A DNA stretch of 57,201 bases from Christensenellaceae bacterium. Lineage in GTDB: Bacteria > Bacillota > Clostridia > Christensenellales > Christensenellaceae. Below the pieces are notes generated by a model. It saw only the letters and a program-made list of their open reading frames with translations, ran no database searches and was not told the DNA's origin. Shown one piece after another: positions 17,022-27,289 of the stretch. The position numbers and the translations under genes are program-made. How positions within the stretch are numbered: the first letter of the stretch is position 1; every line of letters starts with the position of its first letter. Location: assembly GCA_050945895.1 (NCBI GenBank), contig JBMNTU010000001.1, positions 1-57,201 on the forward strand. Direction: 5' to 3'.

Positions 17022-17994
17022 TTTCTGCTATCTGTACCGCGTACTTGTTGTTTTCGGTTCCTATAACCCCTTTAAATTTCGGAACGTCTTCCACCTTCAC
17101 GCTAATATAATCCCGTATATTATGGTTGATGAGTATAATGTCGCCCGGCTGCATATTGATAATTTCCCTTAGCGGCGCAGTCGTTTCGTTGAATACTGCC
17201 GCAATGGCAGCGTTTGTTCCCACCAACCGTTTTTCAATGATCTTTCCTTTGCTTTCCTGTACGCCGCGCATGTTTTCTGCCAGCGTCCAGTTTACTGTGC
17301 TCAGCTTTTTAGCAATGGGCTGCAGCGAATAATGCGGAATACACATAGATATCAGCCCTTCCGTATTATCCAGCTTAACACTCAGTGTTACAATTGCCGA
17401 CGGCTCATTCATTTCAGCAATTTGCGTAAATTGCGAGCTTGTTTCAATACGCATCAAAATCGGGTCGACCTTTACAATCTTTTCCCACGATTCCCGCAGA
17501 ATATCCATCATGTGCTGCAAAATATTTTCTGCAATGGAAAGCTCTATCTCTGTAAAGGCTTTGTCCGAAAACGAATTGTCTGCCTGCCCGCCAAAAAGCC
17601 GCCCGATCAGGCCGTAAACAAACGTCGCAGACAGCTCCATAAGCTGCGAGCCCTGCAGCGGCTCCATTTCCATTACGCCCAAAATAACAGGGTCGGGCAA
17701 AGAGTTGTTAAGCTCGCCAAAGCTCTGCTCCTCTACCGACAATACCTCAATTTCACATACCGTATGCAGCATTCCTGTCAGCTTGCTTGCCAGAAGGTAC
17801 GCAAAGCTATCGAATATAACCCCAAGGGTACGCATCTGGTCCTTGTGAAATTTATTGGCGGTTTTAAAATCGTAGATCTTATAACCGTCATCCGCATTTT
17901 CGTCGTCAGAAACCGCTACGTCTTCACCAGAATCGAGCGCATTCAGTAAATCGTCTATTTCTTTTTGTGATAATACCTTTGCCAAAATCGGCAA
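16993..17994 (-). CDS. fliM: Flagellar motor switch protein FliM
   Basis: The N-terminal CheY-P binding motif LSQKEIDDLL is present. The protein has FliM length and sits before fliY, overlapping it by 29 nt. Confidence 0.9.
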   Translation of the reverse strand: MPILAKVLSQKEIDDLLNALDSGEDVAVSDDENADDGYKIYDFKTANKFHKDQMRTLGVIFDSFAYLLASKLTGMLHTVCEIEVLSVEEQSFGELNNSLPDPVILGVMEMEPLQGSQLMELSATFVYGLIGRLFGGQADNSFSDKAFTEIELSIAENILQHMMDILRESWEKIVKVDPILMRIETSSQFTQIAEMNEPSAIVTLSVKLDNTEGLISMCIPHYSLQPIAKKLSTVNWTLAENMRGVQESKGKIIEKRLVGTNAAIAAVFNETTAPLREIINMQPGDIILINHNIRDYISVKVEDVPKFKGVIGTENNKYAVQIAEIVKENENIE

Positions 17995-18062
17995 CCTCCT
18001 GCTGCATCAACAGACAATTCCCCACGCACAGCCAAAACGCCGCACGTAATTTTCGTCAGCTT

Positions 18063-18473
18063 CTATTGTACTACAAAATCATTGATATATACATAGTAAA
18101 CATCTTCTGTTCCAAGCGCGGTCCTCAGCTCTGTTGTCATACGCTCTGCCAGTATATCAATAATGTCGTCCGCGCGCAATTCCTCTTCCGTGTTATCCCG
18201 CAGGATCTGTACAAGCGTATCCCTGATTACTGCATTGTTTGTCTCAAGAAACTCTGTTTGTTCCTTCCCGGACATAGCAATGGATACACTTGTCTTGCAA
18301 AGCACGTTGGAATCCTTTACGTTGGTTACAAAATATTCGCCGGGAGAATAATAGTACAGATCGTCGAGCGTTATTTCCCCGCTATCATCGCCTCCGCCAA
18401 AAAGACTACAAGCCGTCATAACCATCGTCGCAAGTATAGCTACCGTAACCAGTAGCATCAGTTTCTTTTTCAT
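18063..18473 (-). CDS. fliL: Flagellar basal-body-associated protein FliL (with lipoprotein-type signal)
   Basis: The FliL core reads YYSPGEYFVTNVKDSN..KTSVSIAM...IRDTLVQILR. The N-terminus MKKKLMLLVTVAILATMVMTAC fits a lipobox. Confidence 0.8.
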   Translation of the reverse strand: MKKKLMLLVTVAILATMVMTACSLFGGGDDSGEITLDDLYYYSPGEYFVTNVKDSNVLCKTSVSIAMSGKEQTEFLETNNAVIRDTLVQILRDNTEEELRADDIIDILAERMTTELRTALGTEDVYYVYINDFVVQ

Positions 18474-18529
18474 TTTATCACGCCCTCTTACCTTTCGCCA
18501 GTGTTTCTATGTAACAAGTATAAAACTTT

Positions 18530-19372
18530 TTATGGTTCACTGCCCAGTTCTCCTTCACGCACACCGTATGAAAGCGTTGCACCATCCGGAATTTCGTCCA
18601 CAAATTTAGATTCAATATTAAACTGTACGCGGCGGTTCCGCTGGCGGCCTTCTTCCGTATCGTTCGTATCGATTGGGTACCATTCGCCTTTTCCGCTCGC
18701 TGTAAAATAATTTCCTGGAATATTGTGTGCTTCTTCCATAAAGCGGACAACCGTACCGGCACGTTCCGTAGAAAGCTGTAAATTATCCCGGAAGGACGGG
18801 TTTCTCTCGCTTACAGGAACGTTGTCTGTATGGCCTTCTACCGTAATATCCTGGATGCTGTCTATATAAGCAGACAGCATAGCCCCAATATCCGCGAGTA
18901 TTCCCTCTGCAATATCGTCGCGGATATCTGCATATCCCGAGTCAAATAATATACCTTCTATAATGGTGATGTAAATATACCGGTCATCCCTGTCCAGCGC
19001 CACATACATCTTAAGGTCCTGCTGCTCTACATATTCGTTGAGCTGTTCATAAAGCTCATCAAAGCGCATACGAATCTGCGCCTGCTCTGCCGACTCTTCC
19101 TGTTCTTCTTCATTGGGTTCTTTGTCCCTCTGCTGAACCATATCTGCCTGTGCAAGCCCCGCAGTTGGGTTATTTGGGTCTATGGGCTCCAAAACGGAAC
19201 CCGGAGGCGCACCTGTAAAAGATTCGACAATCCGGATCCATTTTTCTTCGCTTATGGATGATGACGCAAACAGCAATACAAAGAAGGTCAAAAGCAGCGT
19301 GACCAAATCTCCGTATGTATCCATCCAGCTGGCGCCACCAGCTTTTCGTTCTTTTTTCTGTCTTTTACTCAT
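18530..19372 (-). CDS. motB: Flagellar stator protein MotB (OmpA-like C-terminal domain)
   Basis: The plug/TM region (WMDTYGDLVTLLLTFFVLLF, with the conserved Asp) and the OmpA-like domain (VEGHTDNVP .. NLQLSTERA .. NRRVQF) are present. Confidence 0.9.
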   Translation of the reverse strand: MSKRQKKERKAGGASWMDTYGDLVTLLLTFFVLLFASSSISEEKWIRIVESFTGAPPGSVLEPIDPNNPTAGLAQADMVQQRDKEPNEEEQEESAEQAQIRMRFDELYEQLNEYVEQQDLKMYVALDRDDRYIYITIIEGILFDSGYADIRDDIAEGILADIGAMLSAYIDSIQDITVEGHTDNVPVSERNPSFRDNLQLSTERAGTVVRFMEEAHNIPGNYFTASGKGEWYPIDTNDTEEGRQRNRRVQFNIESKFVDEIPDGATLSYGVREGELGSEP

Positions 19373-20169
19373 TCAGCCGTTTCTCTTTGTGCCGGCGCTG
19401 CCGCTTCATCTCCTGCCGCAGCCGCTTCTTCATTCGAAATAAACGCCATTAGCTTATCTTTAATGACGCGTGGGTTTTCTCCATCCTGGATGGACAAAAT
19501 CCCCTCTATTACAATATCCTTTTGTATCTGCTCATTTTGGTTTTTAATTCTGAGCTGGCTTGCAATGGGGTTAAACATCGCATTTGCGATAACAACCCCG
19601 TAAAATGTCGTAATAAGAGCTACCGCCATTGCCGGCCCCAGCGTCGAGGGGTCGTTCAATTGTTGTAGCATGTTGATAAGGCCAATCAGCGTACCAACCA
19701 TGCCAAACGCCGGTGCAAGCGACGATCCTGTTTCAAAAATACCAATATATTTTGAGTGACGCTCATCCATAAAGTAGACTTCCGTTTCCAGAACGTTTTT
19801 CACCAGTTCCGGATCGGTGCCATCCAAAATAAGCATCACCCCCTTCTTAAGGAAAGGGTCTTTCATGTCGTTTACTTTGTCTTCTAACGCCAAAAGCCCG
19901 TTCTTACGGGCCACATTTGCCATATCTATAATTTCGTCGATTTGCTGATTCAGGTCGATTTCATTTTTCCCCAGCGCGATCTTGATCAGGGTAAACAGCT
20001 TTTTAAAATCCTCCATCGGGTAGCAGGCAATCATCGCACCCAGCGTACCTCCCACTACAATGAAGATAGACGGCCCGTTGATGTACGTACCAATATCTCC
20101 TTCAAGCACGATACTGACAATCGTACAGACCGTCGTAATGGCAAACCCCATTATCAAGGTAATATTCAA
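19369..20169 (-). CDS. motA: Flagellar stator protein MotA
   Basis: This is a MotA/TolQ/ExbB-type channel (GPAMAVALITTFYGVVIANAMFNPI) that overlaps motB by 4 nt. Confidence 0.9.
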   Translation of the reverse strand: MNITLIMGFAITTVCTIVSIVLEGDIGTYINGPSIFIVVGGTLGAMIACYPMEDFKKLFTLIKIALGKNEIDLNQQIDEIIDMANVARKNGLLALEDKVNDMKDPFLKKGVMLILDGTDPELVKNVLETEVYFMDERHSKYIGIFETGSSLAPAFGMVGTLIGLINMLQQLNDPSTLGPAMAVALITTFYGVVIANAMFNPIASQLRIKNQNEQIQKDIVIEGILSIQDGENPRVIKDKLMAFISNEEAAAAGDEAAAPAQRETAE

Positions 20170-20201
20170 AACTTCTTCACCCCCAGCTCAATGCCGATTT
20201 T

Positions 20202-20444
20202 TTATTTTCCGTCGTGTTTCTCTCCAGTCTCTTCCAGCAGAGCGGCAATCCGTTTGGGAAGATCCATAAAAAGCGCTTGTTTATATTCGATAATTCTGTC
20301 TATCACTTCCCGGACAGACTCCAGCACCAGGAGTTTTTTTCCTGATGCCAGAGTAATCATCGTATCCGGAGTGGCCTCCACAAACTCAATGAGTTCTGCA
20401 TTTACATAGTATTTTACCCCATTCAGCCGGGAAACCTCAATCAT
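20202..20444 (-). CDS. flbD: Flagellar protein FlbD
   Basis: MIEVSRLNGVKYYVNAELIEFVEATPDTMITLASGKKLLVLESVREV is the typical FlbD sequence. The gene lies between flgE and motA. Confidence 0.9.
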   Translation of the reverse strand: MIEVSRLNGVKYYVNAELIEFVEATPDTMITLASGKKLLVLESVREVIDRIIEYKQALFMDLPKRIAALLEETGEKHDGK

Positions 20445-20457
20445 TTTTTAACCATTT

Positions 20458-21729
20458 TTACCGTTTCAGGTTAATCAGTTCTTCCAAAAGCGTATCCGAA
20501 ACCGTAATGATCCTGGAGTTTGCCTGGAATCCCCTCTGTGTTGTAATCATGTTAACCATCTCTTCCGAAAGGTCTACGTTAGACATTTCGAGCGAGCCCG
20601 GGTTAATCGTTCCCGCACCGTTGTTGCCTGCGCGGTTGATGCGCGCGCCGCCCGAAGAAGGTGTCTGGATATAAAGGTTGTTGCCCTGTTTTTCCAGTCC
20701 CTCTGCATTTGTAAACGTCGCAAGCGCTACATAACCAATAATTACTTTTTCACCCTTTGCAAAAGCCTGCGGCGGTGTGCCGTATACGCCCGCTTCTTTA
20801 ATTTGGGCAACCACAGAGCCGTCTTTTGTTACCGCAACATTTTCATAAAGGTTGGGGTCTGCAAAAATATTACCCAACGTCGGGCCGTTTATAAACCCAT
20901 CGTTGTTTGTAATATCGATCTCTACTGTGCTCAAAAGGCTTTTAATGTCCTGCAGGCCTGCCGCTACGCTGCCCGGTGCTGTCTGTGTTACGAATGTGAT
21001 TTCGCCCACTCCGTCAATTTTAAGCGTGTTCGACGACCCAACCGCATTAAAGGGGCCGGTTGCCGATCCGTTTAGCGTAATGGTCGGGGTCGGAATTTCG
21101 AGGCCGTTCCTGTACACTTTGATATCGTTCTGTACATTACCCGTGTTGCCTACTACTTCAATTGTGTAAACACCCGCGTTTGTATTTCTGACAAATTCGT
21201 TGTTATTCGGCGGTGTTACCCCTGCGCTGTATCCAAAGGTGTCAAACAGCGTTGTGTTCTTTCCGGTCAGGTCTGTGGCCTTTGCCGCGCCAATCGTTCC
21301 TTGTTCATAAACTGCATTGTATCCCTGTACATAATAACCGCTCTGGTTTTGCAGCATGCCGTTTGTGCCGATTCCAAACGAGCCGTCACGCGTATAGCGG
21401 TTTCCCTGCGGTGTAGACATAACAAAATATCCATCACCTGTTATCGCAAGGTCAAGCGTGTTTCCCGTATACTGCGCCGCACCCGGTGTGTGCTTGACCA
21501 CAATCGAAGCTACGCTTGTACCTAGGCCAATCTGCTGTGCGTTTGTCGAGCCCTGGTATGCTGTCGGCGCCGAAGCCGGCGATACCGTTTCACTGTAGAG
21601 GTCTGCAAAGTTTGCAACGCTCTTTTTAAATCCAATCGTATTTACGTTCGCAATGTTGTTACCAATAACGTCCATTCGGGTCTGGTGGGAACGGAGCCCT
21701 GTTACGCCCGAAAAAAGTGATCTCATCAT
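20458..21729 (-). CDS. flgE: Flagellar hook protein FlgE
   Basis: The N-terminus is MMRSLFSGVTGLRSHQTRMDVIGNNIANVNTIGFK and the C-terminus is LEMSNVDLSEEMVNMITTQRGFQANSRII. Confidence 0.9.
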   Translation of the reverse strand: MMRSLFSGVTGLRSHQTRMDVIGNNIANVNTIGFKKSVANFADLYSETVSPASAPTAYQGSTNAQQIGLGTSVASIVVKHTPGAAQYTGNTLDLAITGDGYFVMSTPQGNRYTRDGSFGIGTNGMLQNQSGYYVQGYNAVYEQGTIGAAKATDLTGKNTTLFDTFGYSAGVTPPNNNEFVRNTNAGVYTIEVVGNTGNVQNDIKVYRNGLEIPTPTITLNGSATGPFNAVGSSNTLKIDGVGEITFVTQTAPGSVAAGLQDIKSLLSTVEIDITNNDGFINGPTLGNIFADPNLYENVAVTKDGSVVAQIKEAGVYGTPPQAFAKGEKVIIGYVALATFTNAEGLEKQGNNLYIQTPSSGGARINRAGNNGAGTINPGSLEMSNVDLSEEMVNMITTQRGFQANSRIITVSDTLLEELINLKR

Positions 21730-21859
21730 AAGTCAAAATCCTCCAAAAAGATTTTATATATATTAATCTTAGTTGTATTCATCATTATTATCACTGCTAT
21801 CATTGCAAATAATGCTGAATGTCGTTACTCCTAAATGCTACATTTTTTGCATACCCGGA

Positions 21860-22489
21860 TTAGTAAATTTTTGTAATCCAGGAAACAGCGACTTCCGTGT
21901 CGTTATCCTTCAGTTTTGCGAAAAGCGAACCGCCTTTTACAACCACATATTCGACTTCGCCGCTTACGGTTTTTGTCGTGGGCTGCCCTTCGACGATTTC
22001 GTCTTCCTCAAGCGGTACCTGTGCGTCAATCGTTTTGCCGATCAGGTTTGCCGCCTGCGAGATCATCGCATCCTGCGAGACCGTGCTATCATAGACATCC
22101 AAAACTGCGGATACTGGTACATAGTACTCTCCTACCGACAGGTAGTATTCGCCGCCATACTGCGACACGCCTGCTACCCTGCCAAAAACCTGTGATACGC
22201 CGCCGGCCCCGTTCGACACCTGCGCCAGTACGTCCTTACCAATCATCGTATACGCGTGTGTGGCGCTAAACGATTGATTCAGTGCAGACATCTGCTCAAG
22301 TGCAGAAAATTGTGCCATCTGCGCAATAAAGTCCGTATCCTTCATTGGTTCCAATGGATCCTGGTTCGCCAGCTGTGCGGCAAGAATCTGTAAAAATTCG
22401 TCCTGCCCCATCTCCTGCTTGGGAACCCTGCTCGATTCTGTTGTCATGTTGCTTAAATTGGAGACTCCGTACACATTGTTTGTTGCCAT
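21860..22489 (-). CDS. flgD: Flagellar hook assembly (capping) protein FlgD
   Basis: The signature MGQDEFLQILAAQLANQDPLEPMKDTDFIAQMAQFS is present. Confidence 0.9.
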   Translation of the reverse strand: MATNNVYGVSNLSNMTTESSRVPKQEMGQDEFLQILAAQLANQDPLEPMKDTDFIAQMAQFSALEQMSALNQSFSATHAYTMIGKDVLAQVSNGAGGVSQVFGRVAGVSQYGGEYYLSVGEYYVPVSAVLDVYDSTVSQDAMISQAANLIGKTIDAQVPLEEDEIVEGQPTTKTVSGEVEYVVVKGGSLFAKLKDNDTEVAVSWITKIY

Positions 22490-22528
22490 GTTTTTCCCTT
22501 TCCTTTTACATTAATGCTTCGAATTCAT

Positions 22529-23890
22529 TTAAGCGCTGAATTCCACAGAACCTCCTTGCTCTGCCAGTACATCATAGTTTGTTAAGCTATCATAGACCAT
22601 GGTCATTTCCTCTGGGATGTCTTGTATTCCTCCGTGAATACCCTTTACCTGTATGGCGCTACGATTTTCCCATTGCTGAGAGTCGTTTGCATCTTCTTTT
22701 CTTGTAGAGTTGCCCATCTGGTCATAAATCACTTCCATTTGCACAACGTTGATGCCTTTTTCGCGGAGCGCTTCCAGCATTTGCGTCTGGTCCGCCTGAA
22801 TAATGCCGTGAACGTTCTTGTTTGCCGTCATCAGCTTTGCCACCAGGCCTCCCTCTTCAGCCGCCAGCATAATGGATAATCCTCCAAGGTGCTCGGGCTT
22901 CAGTTGGATGTAAAACTCCGTCTTGTCTTTTGTGACGATGCTTTTCACCTGTTCCAGCAACTGCGACTGCACGTTCTGTTTGAATTCCGCATCGGGCAGC
23001 GGCTCCATCTGGTTTTGTACAGACGTTTTAAATTCCACCTTGCCCTCAGAAGATATCTGCGCAGTCATCGGGGTTATCCCCTGATCTTTTGCGCCGCTCT
23101 GGCTTTTGCCGCCTGTCTCTTCCTCTGCGTCACCCTTGTCGCTCATAGCCTCTATTGGTTTGCTTGTGCTCTCCGTTTGCTCAGCAACGTTTTCCGTTAT
23201 GCCCGCCTTTGCAGTTTCCTGCTGCTTTAGTGCCGCGTCCGCTTCCTGCAATACTCGTTCGGCGAACTGTGCCGGTTCTGTCAGTTTGCCGTCCGTTTTC
23301 ACGGTTTCGGTTTTCTTTGCCGTCGGCGCGGGCCCTGCTGCTTCTGCATGCTGCGCGGGAAGCTCTTCTGTTACAGGTGCCTGCTCCGCCAACGCATCGC
23401 CGTCCTGTTTGCTCGTTTCTACCTGTGCGAACGCATCCTGAAACAATACATTCTGCGCGTTTTCTTCCGTCGGCATTTTTGCATCCGGCCCCGCAGGCTG
23501 TTCGGTTGTTTGCTGCCCACCTTGTACCATCGGCACGTCTTCTGCCGTTACAACGCCCGGTTCCAAAGTCTCGGGAACGTCCACAGTGTTTTCCACCGGA
23601 ACTTCAAATGTTACAAAAATCGGCGGTATCGCCTGCGCATTCGTAGTTGCTTCTTCTTCCGGCGCAGCTTCCTCGTCGCTTCCGGGAATCGCATCCTTCG
23701 CAACATCCTCCACTGCCTCCTTTATTTTGTCGGCAATGTCCTTTTTGCTTCCGCCAAATGGCTTGTCGCTCTGCGGGGTGCTTTTTACCGCGCTGTCCAA
23801 TTCCTTCATGAAATCGCCTTCCGCCTTCGCGCCGGCCTGATCCTGCGCTTTTATAGCTGGCATAACTTCCGTTACGTTTGCTACTGTCAT
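22529..23890 (-). CDS. fliK: Flagellar hook-length control protein FliK
   Basis: The C-terminal Flg_hook domain reads EFYIQLKPEHLGGLSIMLAAEEGGLVAKLMTANKNVHGIIQADQTQMLEALREKGINV. The gene occupies the canonical position before flgD. Confidence 0.85.
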   Translation of the reverse strand: MTVANVTEVMPAIKAQDQAGAKAEGDFMKELDSAVKSTPQSDKPFGGSKKDIADKIKEAVEDVAKDAIPGSDEEAAPEEEATTNAQAIPPIFVTFEVPVENTVDVPETLEPGVVTAEDVPMVQGGQQTTEQPAGPDAKMPTEENAQNVLFQDAFAQVETSKQDGDALAEQAPVTEELPAQHAEAAGPAPTAKKTETVKTDGKLTEPAQFAERVLQEADAALKQQETAKAGITENVAEQTESTSKPIEAMSDKGDAEEETGGKSQSGAKDQGITPMTAQISSEGKVEFKTSVQNQMEPLPDAEFKQNVQSQLLEQVKSIVTKDKTEFYIQLKPEHLGGLSIMLAAEEGGLVAKLMTANKNVHGIIQADQTQMLEALREKGINVVQMEVIYDQMGNSTRKEDANDSQQWENRSAIQVKGIHGGIQDIPEEMTMVYDSLTNYDVLAEQGGSVEFSA

Positions 23891-23925
23891 CTTTTTACTT
23901 TCACCTCCTTTCCGTTATCTCGTAT

Positions 23926-24684
23926 CTATTGATCAGACATCAGCCTCGAAATGACTGCTGCCTTCTCAGCATCCAATGCGGCCAGTATATTTGCCGCGCG
24001 TTTTTCATCCATCTTCTTCAAAAGGTCTGCAATCCACCCATTGTCCGTTATGTGGTTCAATATCGCCGCAGCATCAGCGGCCTTCATTTTTTCGTATACA
24101 TCTGCAAGCCGTGTCTCGCCCTGAACCGCTGCTTCGCCGCCAATCGCCGCGCTCCCCTCCGATGTTGTCGCCTGCTCTGCTTCGGCAAGCGCTTCTTCAC
24201 GGCGCGTTACTGCCTTTTCCCGGCTTTCAAGCGCCTGCGCCTCTTCAATCAGCTGTGCCTCGCGCTCTTCAAACTTTGCCTTCTCAGACTCATATTGTGC
24301 AAGTGCCGTCTGGTACTGGTCATCCTGGCGGATGAAAAACCCAATGACCGCTGTTTTTACACCAAACAAATTGAAGTAGTACACAGCAACCAGCCCCGCA
24401 ATCAATATAATCAACACAACTGCGGCAACTGCCTTCCCTTTGCCTTTCTTTGGCCGGTCTTCCCGGTCTGCACGCTTTTCGCGCTTGGCTTTGGGCGGTC
24501 TTACCTTTTTTGCCTTTGGTTGTTTTTCTTTCTTAGGCTTGGGCTGTTTGGGCGGTTTTTCCTTTTTTGGTTTAGGTGCACGTTTCGCCTTTTCTTTTTT
24601 GCCCGCCGGCTGTTCAGCCGCGTCTGCGCCTGTAGCCTCCGGCTCTATCCCCCCGCCTGCATCTTCGAGTACGAATTCTGCCAA
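23926..24684 (-). CDS. YlxF/MotE-like protein (MgtE-N-like C-terminal domain, one TM helix, Lys/Pro-rich N-terminus)
   Basis: The C-terminus reads YEKMKAADAAAILNHI..MDEKRAANILAALDAEKAAVISRLM and the TM helix is AVAAVVLIILIAGLVAVYYF. The gene occupies the ylxF position between fliJ and fliK. Confidence 0.6.
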   Translation of the reverse strand: MAEFVLEDAGGGIEPEATGADAAEQPAGKKEKAKRAPKPKKEKPPKQPKPKKEKQPKAKKVRPPKAKREKRADREDRPKKGKGKAVAAVVLIILIAGLVAVYYFNLFGVKTAVIGFFIRQDDQYQTALAQYESEKAKFEEREAQLIEEAQALESREKAVTRREEALAEAEQATTSEGSAAIGGEAAVQGETRLADVYEKMKAADAAAILNHITDNGWIADLLKKMDEKRAANILAALDAEKAAVISRLMSDQ

Positions 24685-24710
24685 TGTTTACGTTTCTCCA
24701 ATCGCTCGAG

Positions 24711-25154
24711 CTAATCGTTATCATCCTGCCGGCCCTGCATAAAATCTTCAATTTCTTTTTCTTCCGATTTTTGCAGCTCCGTGTTATATTCCTCCAGTTG
24801 CTCTTCCCGCATCCGTTCGAGCGCTTTTTGCTCGTTCATCAGCTTTACAAGCTCCTGTTTGCATATTTCCACCTTTTGTTCCCACTCGGCAATGTACCTG
24901 TTTTGCTTGTCGATCTCTTCGTTCAGGTACTGGAAATAGTCTCCAAAATTTTTCAAATCCTGCCGGGTCATTCCGCTTTTACTTTTATCGTCATATTTCT
25001 CTTTTTCCTGAGCAAATTTTTGCAATAACTCCTGTTTGTTTCGTTTATGTTCGTCCAATATCCTAGTTAATTCTTTTAATTCCAGCCTTTTCTGTTTTTC
25101 ATCAGCCGCCTTGACATCGTACAACCTTTGCAGCGAAAATACAAATTTCTTCAT
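24711..25154 (-). CDS. fliJ: Flagellar export protein FliJ
   Basis: This is a 147-aa coiled-coil protein (MKKFVFSLQRLYDVK...) directly after fliI. Confidence 0.8.
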   Translation of the reverse strand: MKKFVFSLQRLYDVKAADEKQKRLELKELTRILDEHKRNKQELLQKFAQEKEKYDDKSKSGMTRQDLKNFGDYFQYLNEEIDKQNRYIAEWEQKVEICKQELVKLMNEQKALERMREEQLEEYNTELQKSEEKEIEDFMQGRQDDND

Positions 25155-25157
25155 TCA

Positions 25158-26486
25158 TCAAACATTCCTGTCCTTTGTTATCTCGCGCATCATTTCTATC
25201 GTTTGCTCAAATGTCGATTCTTCGCTCACGCCCTGCTTCAAAAACCGTAGTATGGGCTCCCGGAGCTCAATTGCTTTATCTACACGTGCATTGGCGCCCT
25301 GCTTGTATGCACCTATGCTAATCAGGTCCTGCACATCGTTGTATTCAGACATAATGTTTCGCATAAAGCCGGCCATTTCGTTCTGCTCTTCCGTCACAAT
25401 TTCCGGCATAAGGCGGCTGACGCTTCCCAGCACATCCAGCGCCGGGTACTGGTTGTTATGCGCCAGCTTCCGCGAAAGCACAAAGTGTCCATCCAGTATG
25501 CCTCGTACCGTATCGGAAATGGGTTCGTTCATGTCGTCCCCTTCAACCAACACGGTATAGATTCCCGTAATGCTTCCCTTTTGCGACGTACCCGAGCGTT
25601 CCAACAGCTTGGGCAATATTGCATATACAGAAGGCGGAAACCCGCGGGATACGGGCGGCTCTCCTACCGTCATACCAATCTCGCGCTGCGCCATCGCAAA
25701 CCGCGTCAGCGAGTCCATCATCAACATCACATTATAGCCCTGGTCGCGGAAGAACTCTGCAATCGCCGTTCCCACCATTGCGGACTTCAGCCGCAAAAGT
25801 GCAGGCTGGTCAGACGTTGCCGTTACCAATACGGATTTTGCAAGTCCCACGTCTCCCAGATCCTTCTCCACAAAGTCCAGTACTTCCCTGCCGCGCTCGC
25901 CAACAAGCGTAATTACGTTGATGTCTGCACTTGAATGCCGTGCGATCATGCCCAGCAATGTGCTCTTTCCTACGCCGCTTCCGGCAAAAATGCCAATCCT
26001 TTGGCCTTTTCCCATTGTCAGCAGTCCGTCGATGGCACGCACACCAAGCGGCAGTGTATCCTTGATACGCACCCGCTCCAGCGGGTTGGGCGGCGCATTG
26101 TCGATCGCATAATGATCTGTTGTCAAAACCGGCCCTTTGCCGTCTATCGGCCTGCCCAGCGCATCCAAAATGCGTCCTTTGAGCGATTCCCCTACCGGAA
26201 CCCGGTATTCCTCGCCCGTTGCCACTACTTTATTTCCAACACCAATGCCTGCAACACTTCCAAAGGGCATCAGTATAACGCTTTGCTCTTTAAACCCCAC
26301 CACCTCTGCCAGCACAGCTTCCGCGCCAGCCTCGTTCGAGTAAATCTTGCAGATGTCGCCCATCTTTACCATCGGCCCTTTGGACTCCACCGTCATACCG
26401 ATGACTTTTTGCACCGTGCCCCGCATTTCCACAGGGTTGATCGTTTCAATTAGATTTTTATAACGATTTATTTTGTCTTCCAGCAT
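25158..26486 (-). CDS. fliI: Flagellum-specific ATPase FliI
   Basis: Walker A is GSGVGKSTLLGM and Walker B is VMLMMDSLTRFA. The protein has an F1-beta-like layout. Confidence 0.95.
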   Translation of the reverse strand: MLEDKINRYKNLIETINPVEMRGTVQKVIGMTVESKGPMVKMGDICKIYSNEAGAEAVLAEVVGFKEQSVILMPFGSVAGIGVGNKVVATGEEYRVPVGESLKGRILDALGRPIDGKGPVLTTDHYAIDNAPPNPLERVRIKDTLPLGVRAIDGLLTMGKGQRIGIFAGSGVGKSTLLGMIARHSSADINVITLVGERGREVLDFVEKDLGDVGLAKSVLVTATSDQPALLRLKSAMVGTAIAEFFRDQGYNVMLMMDSLTRFAMAQREIGMTVGEPPVSRGFPPSVYAILPKLLERSGTSQKGSITGIYTVLVEGDDMNEPISDTVRGILDGHFVLSRKLAHNNQYPALDVLGSVSRLMPEIVTEEQNEMAGFMRNIMSEYNDVQDLISIGAYKQGANARVDKAIELREPILRFLKQGVSEESTFEQTIEMMREITKDRNV

Positions 26487-26500
26487 ATTCTTCTTTCGGC

Positions 26501-27289
26501 CTATATCCCTTCCAGTGCATGCGCCAGCCGCTTCAGCTGGGTGGTAATTCCGGCATTAATCGTGCCGTACTCTGTTTCCACTATGCAATCTCCGCTTTTA
26601 AGCGACATATCCTGCCGAATCTGTATTCCAGAATTATTAAGCTCCTTTACAACCTCGCTGTCCGGGTCGGAAAACAGCCGTTCATATTCAACCTTACTAA
26701 CTTTTATCGTAATATTTGTCTGGTTTTTAAGCGCCAGCACCGTATTACGCACAATGTTCAAAAAAACTTCATCATTCTTGTTCAGCTCTACTTTAATGAT
26801 ATACTCGGCAATAAAAACCGCCAAATCCAGTACGCTGTCTTCAATTTCGCCAAACACAATATTCTTGGCGTCCCTAAGCGCTACAATCGCTTCTTCCGTT
26901 GCCTGCGCCTCTTTGCGACGCTCTTCCATTGCAGACACATGCGCCTGGTTTAAGCCTTCCTCATACCCCTGCCTGCGGGCGTCCTCCAAAATGCTCTCTG
27001 CTTGCACACGGGCCTGTGCTACAAGCTGTTCCGCCTGCTTTTGGGCATTGTCGATCTCTGTCTGCAGGGCTGCAAGCTCTCTGCGCTTTCTTTCAAGCTC
27101 TGTCTCCTGCTCATCTTCCTCGTCGGGCAATAGTTCCGTTTCTTCTACTTCTTCTATTTCTTTTATAGAATCGTTGTGCGCCACAACATCCTCAAACCCC
27201 GGCAAAACTACAACGCTTGCCGGATGCTCTCCGCCGCCCGTAACTGAATTCTTATCGATTCTAAATAATGAGGGCATCTTCCTCGCCAC
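26501..27289 (-). CDS. fliH: Flagellar assembly protein FliH
   Basis: A coiled-coil E/Q/A-rich centre is followed by a FliH C-terminal domain. The gene lies between fliG and fliI. Confidence 0.8.
   Translation of the reverse strand: MARKMPSLFRIDKNSVTGGGEHPASVVVLPGFEDVVAHNDSIKEIEEVEETELLPDEEDEQETELERKRRELAALQTEIDNAQKQAEQLVAQARVQAESILEDARRQGYEEGLNQAHVSAMEERRKEAQATEEAIVALRDAKNIVFGEIEDSVLDLAVFIAEYIIKVELNKNDEVFLNIVRNTVLALKNQTNITIKVSKVEYERLFSDPDSEVVKELNNSGIQIRQDMSLKSGDCIVETEYGTINAGITTQLKRLAHALEGI

Noticed and set aside
18478-18762. A 94-aa minus-strand ORF overlapping the 3' end of motB. Minus-strand ORFs at 14462-14954 lie opposite the flhB-C-like gene.
   Set aside because: They are out of frame or antisense to clearly assigned genes and have no SD or motifs.
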